Below are positions 51,126 to 64,000 of a stretch of 64,000 nucleotides of DNA, piece by piece (position 1 is the first letter of the stretch; every line of letters starts with the position of its first letter). The notes below the pieces were generated by a model. That model was not told the origin of the DNA, made no database searches, and saw only the letters and a program-made list of their open reading frames with translations. Position numbers and translations under genes: made by a program. Source of the stretch: Flaccisagitta enflata (Eukaryota); the NCBI GenBank assembly GCA_965153355.1, contig OZ231126.1, positions 31,000,001-31,064,000 of the forward strand. Direction: 5' to 3'.

Positions 51126-51776
51126 GATGAGCGAATGGGAAAGGTGATAACGATGTGGGCGTGGTCAGCGTCAGCTCCTTGCTTTTAGCGCCACAAAAGA
51201 ACAAAAGAAAAGTACAAAAAGAACAGAAAAAAAGGATCAGAAAAAGAACAAAAGAAAAGGAAGGGCAAAAAAGAGGTGTTCATTGTTCAAGGCCATTACC
51301 TTTTCCTGCTTGTCTATCATCACAGGGGGAAAACAGTATGGTAGATCAAAACACATCATGCTTGGTCAGTTTGGTTTTCTTCTTCTTTTTTTTTGGTTTG
51401 TTTTATCTGTTTGTTTGTTTGTTTGATTATTCTATCATTTGGTTGTTTGTTTGTTTGTGTGATTGTTTGTTTGTTTGTTTGATTGTATGTTTGTTTGTGT
51501 GTTTTTTTTGTTTGTTTGTTTGTTTGTTTGTTTGTTTGTTTGTTTGTTTGTTTGTTTGTTTGTTTGTTTGTTTGGTTAGTTTGTTTTTCTACATGGTCAG
51601 TTTTTGTGTTTGATTGTTTCTTTGTATGTTTGTTTGTTTGTTTGTTTGTTTGTTTGTTTGTTTGTTTGTTTGTTTATTTGTTTGTTTGTTTGCCCAGTTA
51701 AGCAATCAACTCAATACAAGTGTCCCTCCTTTTCAACGTCTGAATTTGTCGCATTTTTTTCACAAACAGTTAACAC

Positions 51777-53176
<1,400 letters not shown>

Positions 53177-53734
53177 GTTAACACAACACACATCAGCGAA
53201 ATCTAACACATTTAACACCTTCAAACCAACACATATCCAATTGGACAAATTTGACACATAAAATCCAACACGCTCGCCTCAAAGTTCCCTGCCTCAGTTA
53301 AGTTTAAAACGTGTTTTGTTACCTTTTTTTACGAAACAAAAGAGGCAGAAAATCAATGAATGACAATCAGGTTTGCACATAGGTGGGGAATGAAAATAGA
53401 ATATTTGCTTAAAAAAGGAGGGGGAAGTTAAGATTCTTTATATATCATCGCACGTACGCGTGTCCGCATGTACATACAGGACACGCACTAGGCCCTCATC
53501 CGTATTTCTCAGTATGGGATGTGAGGGATGTGAGGGATGTTGTTCCACTTGTCATACTACTACTCAGTGCCTAGGGATTAGAATATCCGGCAGTTGCATT
53601 AAGCTTGATCTCGATTCTATCCTTTATGGGTATGGTTTCTTACTTTCTTAACGATGTTGCCCTAGTGTGATTTGTTGAATTTTAATTAAGCAGGCAACAG
53701 TCATTTGCCCTTATCTATTTTCACTTTTATTTTT

Positions 53735-54690
53735 AGCAGGTGAAGCAAACGAAGGTGAGGCAAAATCAGGTAAGGCGAAAGTGGGTAAGGCAATAGCAGG
53801 TAAGGCAAAATCAGGTAAGGCGAAAACAGGTAAGGCAAAAGCTGCTGGGAAGAAAGCTGCTGAGACAAAAGCAGAGAAGGCAGAAACAGGTAAGGCAAAA
53901 ACAGGTAAGGCAAAAGCAGGTAAGGCAAAAGCAGGTAGGGCAAAATCGGGCAAGACAAAAGAAGGTAAGGCAAAAGCAGGCAAGGCAAAAGCAGAAAAGG
54001 CAAAAGCAGGTAGGGCAAAAGCAGGCAAGGCAAAAGCAGGTGAGGCAAAAGCAGGCAAGGCAGAAGCAGGTAAGGCAAAAACAGGTAAGGCAAAAGCAGG
54101 AAAGGCAAAAGCAGGAAAGGCAAAAGCAGGAAAGGCAAAAACAGGAAAGGCAAAAGCAGGAAAGGCAAAAGCAGGTAAGGCAAAAGCAGGTAAGGTAAAG
54201 GCAGGTAAGGCAAAAACAGGTAAAGCAAAAGCAGGAAAGGCAAAAGCAGGAAAGGCAAAATCAGGTAAGGCAAAAGCTGCTGGGAAGGAAGCTGCTGAGA
54301 CAAAAGCAGGTACGGCAAAAACAGGTAAGGCAAAAACAGGTAAGGCAAAAGCAGGTCAGGCAAAAGCAGGTAGGGCAAAAGCGGCCAAGGCAAAAGCAGG
54401 TAAGGCAAAAGCAGGCAAGGCAAAAGCAGGAAAGGCAAAAACAGGAAAGGTAAAAGCAGGTAAGGCAAAAGCTGCTGGGAAGAAAGCTGCTGAGACAAAA
54501 GCAGAGAAGGCATAAACAGGTAAGGCAAATGCAGATGAGCCAAAAGCAGGTAATACAAAAGCAGACAAGACAAAAGCAGGTAAGGGAAAAACAAGTTAGG
54601 CAAAAGCAGGTAAGGCGAGTGCAGGTCAGGCAAAAACAAGAAAAGGCAGGTGAGGCAAAAGCAGGTAAGAGAAAAGCAGGTAAGGCAAAG
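53735..54690. repeat. 15-bp tandem array (GCAAAAGCAGGTAAG)
   Basis: Roughly 60 degenerate units with higher-order GCTGCTGAGAC inserts. Confidence 0.9.
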
Positions 54691-54840
54691 TGGCGGGGAG
54701 ACAGGAGAAGCAACTACGTGACTGAGAAGGCGGAATCCTGGAGAAGACCAACGCAAAAGGATTTTCTATGACACCCAATAACGTGCTGTTTACTACGATT
54801 CCCAAACAAGAGAAAGGCTCCCACAAAAGAATGGCTCAGC

Positions 54841-54991
<151 letters not shown>

Positions 54992-55729
54992 TGTTGAAAG
55001 CCATTAGCAGACAGATGGACATACACACACATCTGAAAGGACAGAAATGAAAGGTAATCTTAGTTGTGGTGGCGAGTGAATCCTTTGCTTGTCTTTGATT
55101 GACATTGCAGAAATGGGAAATGTGATTAGAGATGAAATTTTATACTATCGCCATTTGAAGTGCACTTTTATCCTTTATTTCTCTGTTGTTATGTTTTGTC
55201 ATGTTTTCCTCAGTGACAAGAACAGGATCCCAGCTCTCAAGGATCTGTCTGATCTTCAGTGTACACTCCTGCTCCTGCTTCTGCAACATCTGGCTGTGAT
55301 CAATTAAGGCAAATTTCTCTGTGATATATTTGTCCGAACGAGTTAGTAATAGGAGTTGCTCTTTCTGAACAGGGACTCAGGGCGTGTTTCTAGTGGAGAC
55401 CAAAGTAGCGTTCGTTCCCGTCGAACACGTTTTCAGCATGAACACAAATTCATGAATTTCAACCGCCCCACAAGAGGGTGAGCGAACTGAATGAGCGAGC
55501 CCGTGAATGGAGAGCTGCAGAGCAAGTGAGCAGAGTGAACGGTGCGAGCAAATAAATGTAGCGAGCGACCAAGTGGTCCTTTAAAAACGCGATTGTCTGT
55601 GACTAGAAACGCCCCCTCAGTTTATAACTACTGCCAGACAGAAAGATTATCGCATAAAATCTGACAAATACTTGAGAATAGCTTGTTCTCTGTGGCTACT
55701 GCTCCAAAACAAGAGAGCTAGTATTGATT

Positions 55730-56030
55730 AAAAAGGTTTCCCATTATAGTAGCTCCCGACAAACTAAAGATTACCTTTTCCTCTGTGGCCATTGCCCCAA
55801 AAACATGAGAGTGAGTAAGAGAAGTTTCCCATTAAAGAAGTTAGCTCTTGACAAACTAAAGATTACCTTTTCCTCTCTGGCCGCTGCCCCAAAACAGAGA
55901 GCGAGTAAGAAAGGTCTCCATTAAAGAAGTTAGCTTCTGACAAACTAAAGATTACCTTTTCCTCTGTGGCCACTGCCCCAAAACATGAAAGTGAGTAAGA
56001 AAGGTTTCCCATTAAAGAAGTTAGCTACTT
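55730..56030. repeat. ~90-bp tandem repeat, ~3.3 copies
   Basis: GACAAACTAAAGATTACCTTTTCCTCT occurs three times. Confidence 0.85.
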
Positions 56031-56280
56031 AACGCAGAAAAGAGAACAATCAATGGTTTGTGGAAGTGTTTTCCTCGGATAGGGGGAAAGAAGAGGGGCA
56101 GGAGGAGGAGGAGGAGGGGAAGGGGGAGGAGGAGAAGTGGAAGCGAATGTTCAGTGGAGTCCTCCACGTATTTACAAACTGCCGTATCTTGACAACGACT
56201 CTCAGAGACACAGAATTACTCTCTTTACGAACCAGGAAAATTCTCAGTCAGGGTTGAAGAAACCAAACTAAAAACGGTGA

Positions 56281-56366
<86 letters not shown>

Positions 56367-58167
56367 ACAATCATCACAATCATCACACTCATCACACTCA
56401 TCACAATCAATACTATCATCAGAATCAACACAATCAACTCATTCAACCCAAGTCAAAGAATGACGTTAAAGGCGTCTAAGGGAGACGGAAAATTAGGGGA
56501 AATTGAATGAAGAGAAGAAAACAAACCCCAAACTTAGGACCAACTAATTAATCCTAAAGGCTTCTTTGACAAACGCCTATCAAACTTTCTTTTTGATCTC
56601 GGACTCTAGACTCAGCAAATGGCTATGTCCTCGCGTACTTTCGCCCCCATCCTAACCCCCCCCCCCCGCCACCCACCCACCCCTGCCCCGTCCACGACGT
56701 TATTGCAGACCCGGGTAACTTGTTTGTCTGGTGTCGAAAAAAAGAAACAAGGCCGGAAATTCTGCCACCTCAGTCGCGGCAGGGGCGGTAGTTAAGGTCA
56801 CTAGACCATTCTGGCAGGAGCAGTGAGATCAAAGATTGCAAAATCATAAAATAAGTAAAGTAGATAAAGCGTGTTGTAGAGTCGCGTGCTTGCAACTAAA
56901 AGGGACAGATTAGATAACGAGTAAGCCCATAAAGCAGTGTTTTGTCGCGTGCTACGCGACTCTAAACCCTGCTATGTCGGTCGGTCGGGTGGTTGGTCGG
57001 TCGGATGGCTGGTCGGTCCCCTTTTTGGGCAGCGGCCCCGAAGGCGTTGATGACCTATGCTTTCACGCATATGGGGGATTTTCTCCTTCTTCTTCTCCTT
57101 CTCCGCCACCCCCCCCCTCAAATCCCAGTATCGAGGCCAAATTCCAGTCTCGAGTCCCAAATCCTAGTTTTGAGGCCTAAATCCCAGCCTCAAGGTGCAA
57201 ATCCCAGGGGAGAGTCCCACATCCCAACTCCAGGCTAGGATTTGGGCCTTGACACTGGGATTTGGGCCTCGAGACTGGAATTTGGGCCTCAAGACTGGGA
57301 TTTGAGGGGGTGAAGGAGGAGAAGGAGGAGAAGGAGAAAATTCCCCTGTGAGGCCGCTGCCCTGCTTCCCCTTCAACTTCAAGCACAACCTACTACGGCA
57401 GGGCACGGGCACCGCTGCCCATCTTACGCTTTTGCGGACTATCACTTTTTCGGCGTTTTTGAGGTTTTTTAGCTCACTGCTCCTGTCCAAATGTCCTAGT
57501 GACCTTTTCCTTCACTGCTCCTGCTCATCCGCGCGCAGCTGGGGTAGCCATGTTAACGGCCTTGTTTAAGAGGGAAAGGGATAGAAAACTTGGCAAACGT
57601 CCCATTTATTTGTCTACAGTTTTTGAAAGGGGAATACATAAACTTCCACAAAACAAAATTTGGCCAATTCTAATCGTCATCATGGAGAAAGGCCAGAACG
57701 CTGGTTGCTTCGGAAAAAAAACTTCTTTTCTTCAGGAGTTACAAAATTAGACATTTTCTTCACAATCTTTTTCTTTTTTTTTTATTGGAAATTAGTAAAG
57801 TCAGGCCGTCAAGAGAGCATATTGCTCCTATGGAATTATTTTGACCATTTTGACAAACTAAAGCAGCGACCAAAAAAAAAAAAAAAAGAAATAGAAGAGT
57901 GGCATTGATAACCCATCATGAAGCGGCGAAACACTGAACAGTGACAGTAATTAAAAAATCTGATCCCATTATTAAGTGTCGTGTTGTGGTTGATGAAGGA
58001 CGTTTATAGTTCTATTCAAACTCAATTAAGTCAAAGATGTTTTGTTGAAAACCAACTTGTTATGTTTTATTTAGCAAAACGAAATGAATGTCTTTAATGA
58101 ATGTTTATGAGGTAACAACAACATGAACGCAAAATTCGGTAAATGATAATGCCACTTGCGTGTCATA

Positions 58168-58269
<102 letters not shown>

Positions 58270-58270
58270 T

Positions 58271-58380
<110 letters not shown>

Positions 58381-58485
58381 ATTCCGTTTGAAACGTTTTT
58401 TTTTGTCAGTCTGTCAGTGCATCGTTTTCTTTGCCTGTATGTCTGTTTCTGCCTGACTCTATCTCTCTCTCTTTCTCTCTTTCTT

Positions 58486-58616
<131 letters not shown>

Positions 58617-60039
58617 CTCTGTGTCCTCCTCTTTCAGAGAGTATAATCGCGTTGAAACTGTTTTTGAAACTAATCAGCATCAAAATAGAAGATGGGCGGC
58701 CAGAGGCGGCCTAAGGCGGCCCAAACCGGCCTTAGACGGCCAATTTCTTTATAACCCTTTGAAACATTTCACTGTTTCCAAAACATCACAACGTCACCGA
58801 TGTGTCATGTATGACACGTGAAACAATATAAAACATATGTCAGAGTTACAAGTAATAAAACAAGGCCGGATACACGGCAATCCAGTCGCGGACGGTTGGG
58901 CAGGAGCAGTAATGCGTAAATCGGCCGGAATTCAAAAATATGACGGACGGACCGACATACCGACCGACCGACACGGCAAGGTGTAGAGTCGCGTGTCCGC
59001 GACTAAAAATCCCATTAAATACTACCCTGTAACTAAGTATGCGGCATTACATGATTTATTAGCCTCATATCATAAAATCATTATACCAAAATGTTAATAC
59101 AGCAAACAATATTTTCAACTACAATGTTTGCAAAAACTTTTGCAAACATGTTTCAAAGCCATTCGACCTAATTCTGGATGATTTTGTCTTTTCATTTATG
59201 AGCATATTTTAGATTTTTGAGGAAGTTCATGGTTTTATTTGCAAATGATCAATATCATAGGAACTGGGATAAGTCCATCTTTTGCATTTTTTGATGTAGA
59301 TGAATTGGTTTGTTTTAGGTCGCGGACATGGGAATCTACACCTCGCTGTGTCTGTTGGTCTGTCTGTAGGTCAGTCCATCCGCCCATTTGTCTGTCCGTC
59401 TGGAACATTTTTGAATTATCGCTGTCTTTTGTCTTTTTCTAGTGGTTTATATCATTGTGAGGAGTGTAAGTGTGTTATACTGTTGTGCTGTCTTGGGCTT
59501 GTTTTTTAGAATTTTTCTAGCTGCTCTAGAAGCAAATATATCTTGATTTATTCGAGGTATCTCTAAACCTTCACACTCTGCTGTACTCAAAATTTCAAAA
59601 TGAATATCTTTACATTTTTGCTTATATTTTAAACAAGGCCGTATACACGGAAGCATTAGTCGCGGACAGGTGGGCAGGAGCGGAAACCTCAGATAAGTGA
59701 CTTTGTTACGGACCGACGGACCGACGGACCAACCAAAAAGTGGATTATAGAGTCGCATGTCCGCGACTAAAAATGCTTAAAGATACAGAGACCAGTTTGG
59801 ACTCATTTATTGACTCATTTCAAAGGTAGTTGATGAAGTTTTATTTGGTTTAATAATCATTTAATAATCATTCAACATTTCCAGAAGCTGCGTATGTGTG
59901 AGTATGGGTGTTTTCTTTAAGTAAGACCTCTTGTCAGGCGTCTGCGACTTATGCCCTATTACTTTTCTTTTGGAAGATTGGTTTTGACATTAGATGATTG
60001 CCCAGTTTTGACTGATGATAGAAAAAGAGTCATGTCATA

Positions 60040-60804
60040 CAGGGAGTACCACGCCAAACAGGACAAAAGAAAACGATGTATCTTTGCTTCTAGAAATGGT
60101 AGAATGATTCTGTAAACAGGTTCAGAAAGCTCTTAAAAAACGATTTTTATATCTGTATTTTGCCAAAGGCTCATTAAGAAAACTGAATCCCTTTGTATTG
60201 TTTAAAGCAAAGTATAGTTTTTACTTTTAGTTTTTGCTTGTTTTGTTGTATATTGACAAGCATCTTTTTATCCTACTCTCATTTCCAAACAAATGGTGCT
60301 ACAATCCTGGCAATGGTCTTGAATTAAAGATATTGTGAGGTAGAATCATACCTCTGCAAAAAATGAGAAAATTGTACAATATTGGTTAGGTCAAGAGACT
60401 TTTTTGTAAGTTTCATTACAAAAAAGTTTTATGTGCATTGATAAAAATTTCAATAACTATATTGAATGATACAATTTTAACAAAGGTCATAAGGGAATCC
60501 CAATCTTCAGTGTCCTAGCTTAACTGACAAACATTTCTGACCATTTTTTGTCATCTATATGTGAATATGACTTGAAAAATCTAAGGAAAAACCTTGAATT
60601 GGGATAGAAATTAGTATTTTTTGTTAAAAAAAGGCATTTTTTTATGGTTTTGCTGAGGGTATGTGTTAACCATGACTAGCAAAAGTCTGTATCATTCAAA
60701 AATCGTCTGAATTTATCTTTTAGAAACAGTTTTCAGAAATGATTTTTGCACTTCTAGTAAAAATACATCGTTTTCTTTTGTCCTGTTTGATATGATACAC
60801 CCTG
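60040..60804. mobile_element. Tc1/mariner-type MITE
   Basis: TA|CAGGGAGTACCACGCCAAACAGGACAAAAGAAAACGATGTA ... TACATCGTTTTCTTTTGTCCTGTTTGATATGATACACCCTG. Confidence 0.7.
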
Positions 60805-60923
60805 TGATGGTGATCTTTTCCGTACGAGGTTTTTCTTTTGGAAGTTGCAGGGTCAAATGTTTGTCATCCTTTGGTAAATAACGACAAAAAAGCAGTGATG
60901 CTCCATGTTCCTCACCATCCCCT

Positions 60924-61033
<110 letters not shown>

Positions 61034-61165
61034 GTCTCTCTCTCTCTGTCTCTCTCCTCTCTATATATATATATATTATATATATATATATCTCTCTCTA
61101 TAGTTAAGGTCCTCTTGCTGTATATTTTCCCCATCCAAATTCCTCTTATCTCTTATTCCTCTCTG

Positions 61166-61206
<41 letters not shown>

Positions 61207-61218
61207 TGTCTATATATG

Positions 61219-61258
<40 letters not shown>

Positions 61259-61369
61259 GTGTCCTCTGTGTCTCTTTTTATCTACTTATTCTCACCATCC
61301 ATATTCTATCTCTCTCCACCTCTCTCTCTATATCTCTCTCTCTCTCTCTCTCCTCCTCTCCTCTCTCTG

Positions 61370-61411
<42 letters not shown>

Positions 61412-61440
61412 GTATATATCTCTCTCTCTTTCTGATTCTG

Positions 61441-61548
<108 letters not shown>

Positions 61549-62017
61549 ATTGTGTCCTCTGCCTGTATCTTTTCCCCATCCTCTCACATTTTTACAAAGA
61601 AGAAGACGCTTGAAAGATCTGAAAGAGAGGAGGAGGATCCCAAGTAGCAAGGCCGGATACACCGAAGAGCTCAAAGAGGGCTGATTTGAGGCCAAAGAGG
61701 ACAATTTCAAGGTCTGAAATGGCAGATTTCAGGCTTGGAAGGGCCGATCCTAGGCCTGAGAGGGTGGATTCCAGGAGTAAGAGGGCAGATTTTAAGCCTG
61801 AGAAGGAAGATTTCAGACCTGACAGGCCTGATGAGGGGACACACAGCGAGATTTGGATATATCAGAGGAAATCTTAACCCTACAACCACCTCATCACCCA
61901 AAATACCCCCTTTGTCTCTACCTCGGGCATCCTTTCAACGACCCAAGCCTCAAAATCACCATATGGGGGAAACGAACAGAGGGACAGACGAACGAGCAAA
62001 AGTTCCCTGTGTTCCAC

Positions 62018-62067
<50 letters not shown>

Positions 62068-62074
<7 letters not shown>

Positions 62075-63702
62075 TGAATGAATGAATTGTAATGCTCATC
62101 AAATGTGCGTTCATCACATCAACAATGTAACATTGTTATGAGCTGTACATCAGTACAAAGAATTACATCACTATTACGTTCAGAAGAAAGATTTATGATC
62201 AAAAAAGTCTGCATGTCGTCACCACTAATGTGGTTCGTTCATAAGTTTTCTCTTAAACGACAATTTTGACTTTAGTCATTACACTAGACATTTGAGAATC
62301 ACGTTCAATAGTTCATGGAGAATAGCTTATCATTTATCACAGGTACACGTTACTTTTTCAAATCAAGTATTTGTAATAAATACATAATAAATAGGTTCAG
62401 AAAGCACAATTGTCGTCGCCACTGTAGTGACTCGTTCATAGGTATCTCTTAAACGACGTTTTGTGACTTCACTGATTTCATTGTAGGTGGTTAATGATCC
62501 ACCTGCATGGTGCCATGGGCATTCTTTACATTCCAAAGTGTTTGTACATGGGGCAAGATCTTACATAGGGTATTGATACTGTCGGAATATACATCCTGGA
62601 AATACATCCTGAAAATTAACTTGCTCGTCTTTTCCAACTAAGTTTTTTCCTTCCCATTTGATACATGAATGGAGTCGGTGATTTTCATCATCTGCGACCC
62701 CACAAGTTTGACATTCCGTTTCAACCATTCCTTTGAAATTTTTCCCGCACTCTAACATACCATAACGCGCCACAATAACGGTTTTTGTTTCCTTTTTAGT
62801 CATTTTTAGAAATTCTGGTTCTGGTTGACGTTTGTAAGTGTCTTGTTTCAGTTTGTCTATGATCGTTTTTGTTTTGCTCTTTAGTGTCTTTGTGTCGTTT
62901 ACTGTCTTATAGCATTCTTCTTCGATTCTCTCTTTATTTCTTTTTTCTATGGAAAACTTTACCTTGTATCGCCATTCTCCAGCTGGAAGTTTTTTAATGT
63001 CATTAAAATTGTCTGGTAAGTTGTACTCAACAAGGAGGTTTTCTACCTTTTTGAACCATCCTATGTTCAGATTTTTTAAGGTCAAATCGATTTTTCCTGC
63101 CAATCAATTTCACCTCTGTTGAGAATCTTGTGAAGATACAATAGTATTTTTTGGTCCACCCGTTGTTTGGTAAAAAGTAAACCAAAGGAAAAAACTATTG
63201 ACACAGAAGGGGTGTGGATTGGGAGGTCAAACATATACTTTAATGCTTGTATTTCTATTTTTTCTAGTTCCTGTTCGTTCCCTTTGTTTAAATTCCCTTT
63301 GTTTAAATTCCAGCATTCCGAATTATTAATTAAACCGGAAATACTTTTCTTTTCATGGAGATCTAGTAGGACGCGGGTTTCCATTCTATTAAGCACTTCA
63401 GTTGCCGCAATAGAGTTAATGAGAATGGTCGTCACTTGCATCTTTGTTCTTCTTGAATCTATTGTTTCCTTGAATTTTCCATCGCTTGTAATGATGTCGC
63501 CTAGGTATTTGTAGCTCGTTGTCTCTTGTATTGTTAGATCCCCAACTTTCCATTCGTAACCTTCAGGTTTATCCTTATGGTATCCCACTCTCATTACTTT
63601 ACATTTCTCCTGACCCCATGTTATTTTATGTTTGATTGCAAACTCGGATATAACTTGCAAAATCTCTCGTTGCTCCGTCTCACCAACAGCAAATGACAGT
63701 AC
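62068..63702 (-). mobile_element. 5'-truncated, frameshifted LINE related to the 17231-23018 element
   Basis: VLSFAVGETEQ...KHKITWGQEKCKVM...YLGDIITSDG...ARYGMLECGKNFKG...CQTC..DDENHRLHSC aligns by eye to the ORF2 C-terminal half; (ATTC)n tail; GA-rich tracts on both flanks. Confidence 0.9.
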
Positions 63703-64000
63703 AGAGAGAGAGAAGAGAGAGAGAGCAGAGAGAGCGAAAGCGAGAGCGGGAGACAGAGACAGCGACAGCGACAAAGAGGCAGAGATAGCGACAGAGTGGG
63801 ACAGAGACGCAGTGCTTTGGAGAGACAGAGAGACAGAGACAAACGGGAATAGAACAGTAGAGGGACAGACAGAGAAAGAGTTTTTTTGTCATGCAAATAT
63901 AAAAAAGCCAATGTGGGCTTTTCAACAATTTTAACTCGCTCAAAGAAGTTGTCCCTTCAGAGAACGGAACACGACAAAAAAAGACTAATTACTAATAAAA

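Noticed and set aside
53781-54515. Histone H1/protamine-like gene
   Set aside because: No ATG start, no globular domain; a 15-bp repeat gives open frames trivially
55375-55620. Small TIR element (also a possible piggyBac-like remnant at ~58752-59160)
   Set aside because: Inverted ends are degenerate and no TSD could be confirmed
62211-62470. Hammerhead ribozyme
   Set aside because: Lacks the CUGANGA and GAAA core nucleotides

Overview
Repeat-rich eukaryotic genomic DNA, most likely from an invertebrate metazoan (GT-AG introns, very abundant (GA)n/(CA)n/(AAC)n/(GAA)n microsatellites). Two host genes can be reconstructed by hand: (1) a 3-exon plus-strand gene (1605-7334, 440 aa) with 2OG-Fe(II) dioxygenase-like motifs, and (2) the last four exons of a minus-strand polypeptide GalNAc-transferase (GALNT-like) gene (26047-16702), whose exon boundaries have seeded tandem arrays. 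Three retroelements sit in (GA)n/(TC)n tracts. The first is an intact RTEX-like LINE (SGNH-esterase ORF1; APE-RT ORF2 that follows ORF1 in frame after a single TGA, with no upstream ATG). The second is a 16.5-kb LTR element with apparently identical non-TG..CA LTRs, a tRNA-Lys-like PBS, a gag ORF, no pol, and internal copies of its PPT. The third is a 5'-truncated related LINE. The rest is DINE-1/HINE-like elements (some swollen with satellites), Tc1/mariner-, hAT- and MULE-like MITEs, minisatellites, and a CCA-bearing tRNA-Leu 3' fragment. All calls are by eye, and repeat boundaries are approximate.
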